From an uncultured Candidatus Poseidoniales archaeon (GTDB taxonomy: Archaea > Thermoplasmatota > Poseidoniia > Poseidoniales > Thalassarchaeaceae), in assembly GCA_902573115.1 (NCBI GenBank), contig CACGIM010000001.1, positions 46,396 to 110,395 of the forward strand: a DNA stretch of 64,000 nt. Direction: 5' to 3'. Position numbers and translations under genes: made by a program. Numbering within the stretch: position 1 is the stretch's first letter; each line of letters starts with the position of its first letter. The notes below the pieces were generated by a model. That model was given only the letters and a program-made list of their open reading frames with translations, was not told where the DNA came from and did not search any database. Shown in pieces: positions 40,239 through 48,998 of this stretch.

Positions 40239-42794
40239 ATGTCAGGTTCCGAGGCTGTGACAATTAGAATTTCGGAGTCTTTGGAAAGATTGTCCGGACC
40301 GATACTTTTTGTCAGCCTATTTCTAACGATTTTTCTATCCTACACACTAACCCCACTTCCTGCATTCACGACAGATTTGGAGTCTTTCGCCCCAGAGACT
40401 GATGCGGATGAAGGGAAGGGCAGGATAGAGACTGCCTTGGGGGCGTCTCCAAATTTGATTTACATAAACGTAGAAGCGAACGTGAGTGGCAACGAGCTCC
40501 CCAATATTTTGGAGATGGGTGCGCTTCATCAATTAGCAGAGGATCATGCCAGAGTTAGAGAGTACTCATTGAACCACGGGGGCGTAATCATCTCGCAAAT
40601 TAACGCGGCTGAGATTCTTCAAAGGTTCCTAGAAGAAAGGGATTACACGGGCAATTTGGCAGATTTCCAGGACTGGGATCAAATGCTTAGAACAGTTCTC
40701 GAAAATGAAGAGTGCGGTGACGCGGTTGGCAGTGACGAGCGCACTATCGCTACTGCTGCATTCGCCTCATCTGCTATGCTGCACCGTGACTTGGACTACG
40801 AACCGGTGTGCAATTGGCTAGAAAGCGGAGAAGGGAATCCAACCCCTAGGGCCAACAGTACCCTATGGCTTGTAGAGCTAGACGGTAATCTGAGCAATCA
40901 AGAGAAGCAGACCCATGCTAAGGGCATCAGGGAACTTCTGAACCGCGACTCTATTTTGGAATATGGAGTCATTTCTGACGGCCTAATTAGCAGCGACATT
41001 AACGAGTCAACACTTGACAATTTGGTGTGGCTGATATTTCTAGCGGTGATGGTGGTTGTAATCTTGCTAGCTTTAGCTTTCAGATCCATAACAATGGTAG
41101 CAGCGCCATTGATCGCACTTCTCGCATCATTGGTGTGGACGTATGGGATCATCAACCTAGCCGGGATGCGATTCTCTGTGCTAGAAATCGCAGTTGCTCC
41201 GGTAGTTCTTGGGCTAGGGATAGACTACTCTATCCACCTCCAAAGGGGCTACGAAAGAGCGAAGGAAGAGTCCAGCAGTTCGGCAGAGGCGTGGGCTAAG
41301 GCGTTCATGGAGCTAAGGGTGGCTTTGTTGCTTGCGGTGATAACCACGGTTTTCGCATTCCTGGCAAATTCATTTTCGCCCCTTCCGCCACTGAGGACGT
41401 TTGGAATAACTCTCGCCCTGGGCGTTGTCTCGGCTTTTGTCGCCAGCACGGTCACTGTGGGGGCGATGCATGTTTTTGTTGAGAGGACAATGGGTGCTTC
41501 CAGAAATAGGGGGATGGAGCTCGAGAGTGTGGCTAACAGGGCGACTGAATTCCAAAGGGCGAACGCCCCCCTTGTCTTGCTGTTCGTAGCCATAATAACA
41601 ACGGGTTCAGTTGTGGTTGCAATGCGTGGACTGGATACCAGTTTCGAACTGACAGATTTTCTCTCAGAAGATGAAATGGAAGTGATGGAAGTCAGGGACA
41701 ACCTCTACGAATCTTACCAAATCAATGCTCTGAAGTCTGTTTACATTCTAGTCGAGCCAAAAGTCGGAGAAGACTCATTCGGTAGTGAGAGGGAATTGAT
41801 TGAGGCACTCAGCGACTTGGAAGATTCGTTGCCGAGAATGCCGGGGGTGGTGGTATCGGAAGCCCCGGGAACTAGCAACGAATGGCCATCCTACGATAGC
41901 ATATATCTCGTGATCGGGGATGCAATTGAGCAGGATCCAGGATTCGGGGAGCAACACAATATGGAGGTGTTTGGGGATGACTGGGCCCCCTCGGAAGATT
42001 TCGTCGAGGGGGACTTCGCAGCTGCCATTTCGTCATTGATTTCGAATCACACCATAGGGGACCAGCTGAGGGGCGTTACCTGGTCCGAGAGGTCCTCCCA
42101 CCATGCTTCTCTCAACGACCAAGGCACGGCGATACAATTTCTGAGGATAAGGATCGACGTCGAGGCTGAAAACAGCGCGATGGTGGACCAAATATCACTG
42201 GAAATGCAGGCGGAAGCTTCGATTGTTTCAGAGGACACCGGGGGGAGGGCTTACGCTGTGGGCGATCTAATGACCCTATCGAATGTTCTTTCTGGGCTTA
42301 TTTCATCAATCGTGAGTTCCACGGCCATCAGCCTTGCCGTGTCCCTAATGGTACTAGCCTCTCTGACACGGAAGGTAGGACAGTCACTTCTTGTTATTCT
42401 TCCAGTGGGGCTAGCTGGATCATGGGTGGTTGGCTCTATGGCTATTCTAGGAATAAACTGGAACGTACTGACAATAATGATCACCGCCTTAACCATCGGC
42501 CTAGGGATAGACTACTCGATTCACGTTTGGAGGAGATTTGAGGCCAACAGGGCCGGTGGCATGGCAATTTGGCCAGCAATGAAAGACATGTATGCGAATA
42601 CTGGCTCGGCCCTTCTAATGTCAGCCGGAACGACGATTTGTGGATTCATGGTTTTGCTCTTATCTCCCATCCCGGTAATCAGAGACTTCGGAGTGGTTAG
42701 CTCAATCTCGGTTGCGTTCTCCTTGGTTCTGGCCCTACTTGTATTGCCAGGCCTTCTAGCTGCAGAGGTCCGTACAGAAAGAAATGGTAGCTGA
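40239..42794 (+). CDS. RND-superfamily exporter (COG1033 / MMPL-SSD type), 851 aa
   Basis: Duplicated signature GLGIDYSIHLQRGYERAKEE and GLGIDYSIHVWRRFEANR, with 2 x 6 TM. Paralog of 32182-35604. TATA-like TAAGTTTTA at 40205-40213. Confidence 0.82.
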   Translation: MSGSEAVTIRISESLERLSGPILFVSLFLTIFLSYTLTPLPAFTTDLESFAPETDADEGKGRIETALGASPNLIYINVEANVSGNELPNILEMGALHQLAEDHARVREYSLNHGGVIISQINAAEILQRFLEERDYTGNLADFQDWDQMLRTVLENEECGDAVGSDERTIATAAFASSAMLHRDLDYEPVCNWLESGEGNPTPRANSTLWLVELDGNLSNQEKQTHAKGIRELLNRDSILEYGVISDGLISSDINESTLDNLVWLIFLAVMVVVILLALAFRSITMVAAPLIALLASLVWTYGIINLAGMRFSVLEIAVAPVVLGLGIDYSIHLQRGYERAKEESSSSAEAWAKAFMELRVALLLAVITTVFAFLANSFSPLPPLRTFGITLALGVVSAFVASTVTVGAMHVFVERTMGASRNRGMELESVANRATEFQRANAPLVLLFVAIITTGSVVVAMRGLDTSFELTDFLSEDEMEVMEVRDNLYESYQINALKSVYILVEPKVGEDSFGSERELIEALSDLEDSLPRMPGVVVSEAPGTSNEWPSYDSIYLVIGDAIEQDPGFGEQHNMEVFGDDWAPSEDFVEGDFAAAISSLISNHTIGDQLRGVTWSERSSHHASLNDQGTAIQFLRIRIDVEAENSAMVDQISLEMQAEASIVSEDTGGRAYAVGDLMTLSNVLSGLISSIVSSTAISLAVSLMVLASLTRKVGQSLLVILPVGLAGSWVVGSMAILGINWNVLTIMITALTIGLGIDYSIHVWRRFEANRAGGMAIWPAMKDMYANTGSALLMSAGTTICGFMVLLLSPIPVIRDFGVVSSISVAFSLVLALLVLPGLLAAEVRTERNGS

Positions 42795-42799
42795 GGACC

Positions 42800-43411
42800 T
42801 CACAGGCCGACCAGATCATCCATCTCTAGGTTCTGCTCTCTGGCTAACAAGAGCATGGCCATCCTCAGGGAAACTAAGCCAAGTGCCATCCTTTTTCTCT
42901 TTGCCCTCCTAACTACCTCCGCCCTATCCAGGCCCGACATCTTTGAAATCGAACTAGGAAGTGACCCTAATTCGCTGCTCAAGGGTTTCCCTACAACCAC
43001 TAACTCCGGGGGTTCTTGGCAGTCCTCCTTTAGATTAGAGTCCTGAAGATTCCCATCTGGGGGGCTTGGAAAATGACTGATCCTATCAAGAAATGGACGC
43101 CAACCTAGTTCTGGCTGAACGATGGAGACGCTCCTATTAGGAGAAACAGAGTTATCCGACCCCACAAGCCAATTGGACCTAAGCAGTTTTTCTACAAGCT
43201 GTGAAGAGGACTCAGGGCTGAACCACTGCAGATCCAGTGACCACATCCTGACAAGGTCCCCCTTGCTGAGTTCCGATCCCTCGACCCCGCGAAACGAAAT
43301 GGAAAGAAGCATCGAGATTTCAGTTTCAGCCTCTTGGGACATGTCGACTGGATACGCTTCGGTAGTTCCGTGCTTCATAATTTCCTCAGAGCTTTTTCGC
43401 GCTTGATTCAA
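42800..43411 (-). CDS. Conserved archaeal protein, DUF2240-like
   Basis: 203 aa. WSLDLQWFSPESSSQLVEKLL and the C-terminal LVSLRMAMLLLAREQNLEMDDL parallel the DUF2240 pattern as I recall it. No search was run. Confidence 0.5.
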   Translation of the reverse strand: MNQARKSSEEIMKHGTTEAYPVDMSQEAETEISMLLSISFRGVEGSELSKGDLVRMWSLDLQWFSPESSSQLVEKLLRSNWLVGSDNSVSPNRSVSIVQPELGWRPFLDRISHFPSPPDGNLQDSNLKEDCQEPPELVVVGKPLSSELGSLPSSISKMSGLDRAEVVRRAKRKRMALGLVSLRMAMLLLAREQNLEMDDLVGL

Positions 43412-43441
43412 GAACTATAGCGTCATGGAAGCCCGATTTTA

Positions 43442-44650
43442 TTGCCAGGAGAGTACGTTGCGAGGGACCCACGAACAGGGAAAAGAATAGGCAGGAAGCA
43501 AAAATCCAAGAGAAAAAGTGAGGGTTTGGCAGCATTAGCGCCTTCGAGAGGGCCTTGGCAGGCCCTCCCTGTGAGTGACATTTTACCTTTAGCCACTGGA
43601 GAGTTTTCCAAAATAGAGGTCAGTTCCGAAGGAATGAAGCTGACTTTGGGCAGAATTGATGCCATAAAGGCACTAAGTATGGTGCCTCAAAAAGAGACTG
43701 AGGGAGCATACGAGGCGTTAGTTGAGGCGCTTGAAGACGACTTCCCAGACGTGAGGATTGCCGCATTAAAGTCACTTCCTTCTTTTGCTTTGAGAAGGCA
43801 GGGGATTCTATTCCATTGCCTATCTGACAGGCTTCTTGATGATGAGACGGCTGTCCAGGAAGAAGCTATGGTTTGCCTGAAGAAGGTTGCTCCGTTGTTT
43901 CCATCAGGGTGTGAGGAAATCTTGAGAAGAGAATTAAGAGACACTAGGAAATCACATAGAGACAACGCATTTGCCACTCTTAATCTATCAGCCAAGGAAT
44001 GGCCAGAAGTAGGTTGCCTTCACCTAGATGAAATAATTAGAGAAGAAGATGATGATCTCAGAATTAGAGGGTCATTGATTCTTAGAACTATTACACACAA
44101 GGGTGGTGCAGAGGCATGGGATTTGATTAGTTGGTCTCTTCTTGACCAAGAGGTTAGAGTAAGGAGAAACGCGTCAAAGACGCTGACGATCCTTGCTGAC
44201 GTTGAGCCCCGGGTGGCTGCTATCCTAGTCGAATCTACGATGGGCGAGAATGATCGGTTGATTAGAGAATCCGTGATCAAGGCACTAAAGAAATTGGACA
44301 TACAAAGTCCACGGGTTGTTCAGATGATTCTGCGCGGAGCTGCCGACGATAACCTAGAGATGAGGAGAGCATGCATAGGGCAAATGACAATCATACTCTC
44401 GGGTCAAGAGCTCAGGGAAGCGGCTGGTGACCTACTAAAGAATGAGAAAGACCCAGGGCTGAAAAAGAGGTTGAAATCCCTTGCCGCAGACTTAGATTTC
44501 GAGGGAACTGAGGAGGAGAAAAATAGGAAGCTAGCTCCTGTGGATTATGTCCCCCCAGAGGGCGAGGAGGAGTCAATCGAAAGGCCTCCGAGCATGCGAG
44601 AGGATGATAAACACCAGTCAGGTCGGGCGGCCAGCGAGGAAAGTGAATGA
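43442..44650 (+). CDS. HEAT/PBS-lyase-repeat protein
   Basis: Repeated helical hairpins with D/E-VR-x-xA motifs (DVRIAALKSLPSF, EVRVRRNASKTLT, LIRESVIKALKKL, EMRRACIGQM). The TTG start is uncertain. Overlaps the next gene by ATGA. Confidence 0.6.
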   Translation: MPGEYVARDPRTGKRIGRKQKSKRKSEGLAALAPSRGPWQALPVSDILPLATGEFSKIEVSSEGMKLTLGRIDAIKALSMVPQKETEGAYEALVEALEDDFPDVRIAALKSLPSFALRRQGILFHCLSDRLLDDETAVQEEAMVCLKKVAPLFPSGCEEILRRELRDTRKSHRDNAFATLNLSAKEWPEVGCLHLDEIIREEDDDLRIRGSLILRTITHKGGAEAWDLISWSLLDQEVRVRRNASKTLTILADVEPRVAAILVESTMGENDRLIRESVIKALKKLDIQSPRVVQMILRGAADDNLEMRRACIGQMTIILSGQELREAAGDLLKNEKDPGLKKRLKSLAADLDFEGTEEEKNRKLAPVDYVPPEGEEESIERPPSMREDDKHQSGRAASEESE

Positions 44651-44934
44651 GTGATGAATTCGACGAGAAGTTAGCTCGTTTCGAGAAACTATGGGACGGA
44701 ATCACCCCCAAAGGGAAGAGCCGGATCAAGGCACTGAAGTTCAGACAGTACATGAGGAACCATGTCCTACAGAAGTTCCACAAGCGGAGGAAAGATCAGT
44801 GGGCAAACGCAGACAAAGGGCACTACAACCATGGTTTCTCCAGCAAAGACCAGTTCCTTACCAAGGAGAACTGCAAGAAGTACTGGATGGGAGAGCTCCA
44901 GAAGGACATCAGAGACGCTGAGACTTGGTCCTGA
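44647..44934 (+). CDS. Hypothetical basic protein (95 aa)
   Basis: ATGA overlap with the upstream gene and 9 nt before the DEAD-box gene. No recognisable motif. Confidence 0.45.
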   Translation: MSDEFDEKLARFEKLWDGITPKGKSRIKALKFRQYMRNHVLQKFHKRRKDQWANADKGHYNHGFSSKDQFLTKENCKKYWMGELQKDIRDAETWS

Positions 44935-44943
44935 GGGCGAACG

Positions 44944-46356
44944 ATGTCACCTCCTAAATTCAACGACTGGGGACTAGAAGCCTGCATCGCTGATGCCGTA
45001 GCCTCAATGGGTTGGGATGAGCCCACCGAGATACAGCTGGAAGCAATACCCGTAGCCAGAGCGGGGACCGACATTGTCGGACAGGCCCGTACCGGATCTG
45101 GGAAGACAGCAGCCTTCGGAATTCCCATAATTGAATCTTGCAAACCCTCTGGAAAGACTCAGGCTCTCGTCCTGTGCCCTACAAGAGAGCTAGCAGTACA
45201 AGTAGCAGAAGAGATAGGTGCTTTACAGGGCAGTAAAGGCCTCACCATCGAAACCGTTTACGGGGGTACAGACATAGACAAGCAAGCGAAGCTTCTTGAC
45301 AAGGGGGTGGACCTAATCGTAGGGACTCCTGGCAGGGTGATTGACATGTCCAAAAGGGGACACATCCATCTCTCGGAGATAGGAATCTTCTGCTTGGATG
45401 AGGCAGACAGGATGTTGGACATGGGCTTCTTCCCCGACGTTCTGTGGGTAGTAGAAAAAATGACTAACAGGCGGCAAACAATGCTATTCAGCGCAACTTT
45501 TCCCCAAGAAGTCCTAGATGCTTCGATCGAATTTACAAAGGACCCCTTCCACGTTATGAGCGAAGATCTGGAAGTTGAAGTCCCGGAAATTGACCAGTTC
45601 GCAATCAAGGTGGGTCGCCTGAACAAAATGTGGGCGCTCGGAAGGATAATCTCAAACATGGGGGGCGAAGACCAGATGCTTATCTTCACAAACACAAAGA
45701 GAATGGTAGACATGTTGTACGAGAGGCTTGAAAGGCATGGGGTCAAATCCTCATCCTTACACGGTGACATGCCACAGAACAGAAGGGAGAGGATCCTCGA
45801 GAGCTTCCGTGACAAGAAAAGCAGGATAATGGTCGCCACTGATGTTGCTGCCAGAGGACTGGATGTTGACGGAATAACGCATGTTGTAAACTACGACCTA
45901 CCAGACGAAACCGAAGTTTACGTTCACAGAATCGGAAGAACTGGAAGGATGGGGAGGTCCGGCCAATCATGGAGCTTCGTTGGGGGCACGGAAATGGGCC
46001 TCCTGGACAAGATTGCGAACACATGGGGCATGCGCATCCCGGTCGTGGATGCTCCCGAACTTCCTGAGGGCGGGAAGGAGATGGCCAAACTAAAAGACGA
46101 CTGGGATGAGATATCGGACAGCTTCGGCATGGTCACAGTAAAGCTTTCACTCGGCAAGGAAAAGGCATCAAAACTATCGCTGGCCGATTGGATTCAGAAG
46201 GAGGCACGTGTTCCAGAGGTGGCCATAGGCGAGATAAGCATAGGTGAATCTGAGTCGACGGTCGAGGTCCACGTGAAGAAGGCCTCCTACGTTATCGACG
46301 TGTTGAAATCAAGGCAATTCCACGGAATTAGTCTGCAACCATCGATATTGAATTGA
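44944..46356 (+). CDS. DEAD-box ATP-dependent RNA helicase with a C-terminal RNA-binding extension
   Basis: Q-motif region, AQTGSGKT-like ARTGSGKTAAF, PTRELA, DEAD (CLDEADRML), SAT, HRIGRTGRMGRSG. A ~90-aa DbpA-like C-terminal domain follows. Confidence 0.92.
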   Translation: MSPPKFNDWGLEACIADAVASMGWDEPTEIQLEAIPVARAGTDIVGQARTGSGKTAAFGIPIIESCKPSGKTQALVLCPTRELAVQVAEEIGALQGSKGLTIETVYGGTDIDKQAKLLDKGVDLIVGTPGRVIDMSKRGHIHLSEIGIFCLDEADRMLDMGFFPDVLWVVEKMTNRRQTMLFSATFPQEVLDASIEFTKDPFHVMSEDLEVEVPEIDQFAIKVGRLNKMWALGRIISNMGGEDQMLIFTNTKRMVDMLYERLERHGVKSSSLHGDMPQNRRERILESFRDKKSRIMVATDVAARGLDVDGITHVVNYDLPDETEVYVHRIGRTGRMGRSGQSWSFVGGTEMGLLDKIANTWGMRIPVVDAPELPEGGKEMAKLKDDWDEISDSFGMVTVKLSLGKEKASKLSLADWIQKEARVPEVAIGEISIGESESTVEVHVKKASYVIDVLKSRQFHGISLQPSILN

Positions 46357-46389
46357 AGTGGGTCTAAGGCACCACCATCCATTCACTGG

Positions 46390-46426
46390 GGTAGTCCTTC
46401 CGCATCCTAAATATAGCCGGACTACC
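46390..46426 (+). promoter_or_regulatory. TATA box (TAAATATA, 46408-46415) bracketed by a perfect 8-bp inverted repeat GGTAGTCC / GGACTACC
   Basis: The arms (46390-46397 and 46419-46426) are exact reverse complements. The TATA centre is ~26 nt upstream of ATG 46437. Confidence 0.45.
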
Positions 46427-46436
46427 AAGACCCCCC

Positions 46437-48917
46437 ATGGCTGACGGCAAGGGGGGCAACGCGGCCAAAGATAAGCAGGCGGCTGCAACTGCAAAGAAGC
46501 AGGCTGATGCCGAGAAGAAGGCATCGGAGGCGGCCAAGAAGCAGGCTGATGCCGAGAAGAAGGCACTATCACAGAGAAAGAAAGATGAGGAGCAAGCGAA
46601 GAAGGAGAAGGCCGCAGCAGAAAAGGACCTCCAAGCGGCCAAGGAGGCCAGAAAGAAAATAGACGAGGAGCTGAAGGGTCTGAGCAAATCTTCCGCTGAC
46701 ACGGGAAAAAGAATCGCTGACCTCAAAAAGGAGAAAATCTCTACTGAAAGGCAGCTTAGGACCGAGCAGTCCGCAAGGAAGAAAGCCGAGTCAGAGCTAT
46801 CGAGGAAGAAGAAATCTGGTAGCGGGAACACCAAGCAGTTGGATAACCTAGAGAGGCAGATAAAGTCGACAAAGAAAAATCTGGAGGATGCGAAGAAAGG
46901 AGCTTCAGATGCGCAGAGACAACTCGAAAAGCAAAAGGAGAAGATTAGCAAAGAGTCAGCTGAGATATCGACCCTTTCGAAGGAGCTGAGTTCACTACAG
47001 TCAGATCAAAAGAAGGCAGACTCAGATCTAAAGAAGGCCGAGACAAGCCTCGCGGCCGAGACAAGGAAGGGAGAGTCCCAGAAGACAAAGTTGCAAGGCC
47101 TATCAGAGCAGACCAGGGGCCTGAAAACTAAGATTGCGAGCCTAGCGAAGCTGGTCAAAGAGACTAGGACCAAAACAGAGGATGAGTCCAAGATGCTTAG
47201 GGACTTCGAGTCCAGGCTGAAGGAAGAAGAAGAAGCAAAGGAAGCTGCTGAGAAGAGGTTGCGAGAAGCGACTAACGCCAAGGAAAAGGCATTAAAGAAG
47301 TCGAAGGACATAACCGAGAAGACAAAGAAGGCAGAGAGGGAATACCAATCGACTGTGAAACCCCGTCAGGATGCTGAAAAGAGGGCAACCGCAGCAGAAA
47401 AGGCCAAGACACAGGCAGAGAGGGACCTCTCAAGGTCAGAGGGACTCCTAAAGAAGGCCAGGGAGGATGCGGACAAGGGGGCCAAAGAAAGGGCCGAGGC
47501 GGAGAAAAAGCAGAAGGCGGCGGAGAAGGATCTCGACAAGGCAGAGAAGGCAAGAGATGACAGCATGGCCGCCACGGACAAGGCGAGGGCCTCCCTCGCT
47601 GACGCTCAAAAGAAGGCGACTGAGGCACTGCAAAACCTAAAGAGAGCCGAGGCATCGAGGGACCAGGCTCAGGAAAGATCTGCCAAGGCCAAACTAGAGG
47701 CAGATCAGGCGGTTTCTAGGCAGAAAGAAGCTCTCGAATCAGCCAAGTCCTCTTTCGGGAAGTACAAGAAGGCAGAAGAAGAAGAAAAGGCTGCCAAAGA
47801 CAAGCTAGCGGAAGAGAAGAAGAGGGCAGAGGAAGCCAATAAGGAGGCTGCCAAGTCAGAACAGAAGAGGACCAAAGCACTCAAGCTATTCGAAGAACTG
47901 ACGAAATCCAGGCAAACGATCCAGATGCAAGTGGCCGAGGAAGCCAAGAGAAGGGCCGAGGCGGAGAAGAAAGCCGCTGACCAAAGAAAGCTTACACAGG
48001 ACACAGAGAAAAGATCGGAAGGCGAATCAAAGCGAAAGACGGAGGTAGAGGCCAGCCTCAAGAAAGAGAGAGATGGGCAGAAGAAGGCCAAGGAAGACCT
48101 GAAAAGGGAAACTGAGGCATGGAAGGAGGCCGAGAAGAAGCTTGGCAGCATGACAAGCAGCAGGAAGAAAGCCCAGGCGGAAGCCAACAGCGCCTCAAAG
48201 TCACGAGAAGACACAGAAAGAGAATACCAGAGCGCTAGAAAGGAAAGGATCGAGGCCGAGAACGCGGCCAAGCAGGAAGAGAGGGACATGCTAGACGCCC
48301 AAAGGAGGGCGGATGCTGAGGCCCAGGCCCGTGAAGACTTCGAGAACGACATTAAGGAGGCACAGAGACTCCGTGAGAAGGCGGTCAAGAAGAGGGAGGC
48401 GCTGTCGAAGAAGAAGGAGGATGCGGAAGCCAGGGCGATAGAGGAGGCCCGAAAGAGGCAGGAAGCCAAGGATAAGATCGAGAAGAAGAAGGAAAAGAGG
48501 CGTCAGAAGAAAATCCAAGAGCGCCAGAAGGTGGAGCTGGAGAAGCGAGAGGCCGAGGAGAGGGCGAGGGCCATTGCAGAGGAGGTCGCGATGAAGCTCA
48601 ATGACCTCAAGGCCCAGAGGGACTCGATGCCGAAGGAGGACTACATCCTCGCCAGAATCAGTATCAAATCCGCTGCCGTCGACTTCGACAAGATAGGAGA
48701 ATCGGGCGACAGGGAGGATGATCTACAACAGATAGACGGGATAGACGACCGTCTGGAACTACGGCTCAACACACTTGGGATCTCCACGATAGAGCAGCTA
48801 TCGAAGATGGACGAGGTTGATGCGGACGAGATAAACGATGCGATAGAGAACATGCCCGGAAGGGCTAGGAGGCAGTTGTGGGCCGAACAGGCACAACTCC
48901 TGCTCGAGGGAAACTAG
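46437..48917 (+). CDS. 826-aa K/E/A-rich coiled-coil protein with a C-terminal helix-hairpin-helix-like domain
   Basis: About 750 aa of uninterrupted charged heptad-like sequence, with no signal peptide or TM. The C-terminal ~90 aa read DDLQQIDGIDDRLELRLNTLGISTIEQLSKMD. A 30-nt perfect direct repeat occurs at 46494-46523 and 46536-46565. Confidence 0.8.
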   Translation: MADGKGGNAAKDKQAAATAKKQADAEKKASEAAKKQADAEKKALSQRKKDEEQAKKEKAAAEKDLQAAKEARKKIDEELKGLSKSSADTGKRIADLKKEKISTERQLRTEQSARKKAESELSRKKKSGSGNTKQLDNLERQIKSTKKNLEDAKKGASDAQRQLEKQKEKISKESAEISTLSKELSSLQSDQKKADSDLKKAETSLAAETRKGESQKTKLQGLSEQTRGLKTKIASLAKLVKETRTKTEDESKMLRDFESRLKEEEEAKEAAEKRLREATNAKEKALKKSKDITEKTKKAEREYQSTVKPRQDAEKRATAAEKAKTQAERDLSRSEGLLKKAREDADKGAKERAEAEKKQKAAEKDLDKAEKARDDSMAATDKARASLADAQKKATEALQNLKRAEASRDQAQERSAKAKLEADQAVSRQKEALESAKSSFGKYKKAEEEEKAAKDKLAEEKKRAEEANKEAAKSEQKRTKALKLFEELTKSRQTIQMQVAEEAKRRAEAEKKAADQRKLTQDTEKRSEGESKRKTEVEASLKKERDGQKKAKEDLKRETEAWKEAEKKLGSMTSSRKKAQAEANSASKSREDTEREYQSARKERIEAENAAKQEERDMLDAQRRADAEAQAREDFENDIKEAQRLREKAVKKREALSKKKEDAEARAIEEARKRQEAKDKIEKKKEKRRQKKIQERQKVELEKREAEERARAIAEEVAMKLNDLKAQRDSMPKEDYILARISIKSAAVDFDKIGESGDREDDLQQIDGIDDRLELRLNTLGISTIEQLSKMDEVDADEINDAIENMPGRARRQLWAEQAQLLLEGN

Positions 48918-48961
48918 ACACCCCGTAGGGGTGTCTAACGCCATATTTCAAAGCGGTTTTT
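48915..48961 (+). terminator. Perfect 10-bp hairpin overlapping the TAG stop, followed by a T5 run
   Basis: TAGACACCCC (48915-48924), GTA loop, GGGGTGTCTA (48928-48937); TTTTT at 48957-48961. Confidence 0.5.
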
Positions 48962-48998
48962 GGATAGAATCAAAAGGGGTTTTGCACCAAACTTGACC

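Noticed and set aside
46364-48518. Antisense ORFs over the coiled-coil gene (46364-46951, 47006-47311, 47705-48469 and others)
   Set aside because: These are Ser/Phe/Leu/Ala low-complexity mirror images of the GAA/AAG/GCC-rich sense strand, so they are composition artefacts.
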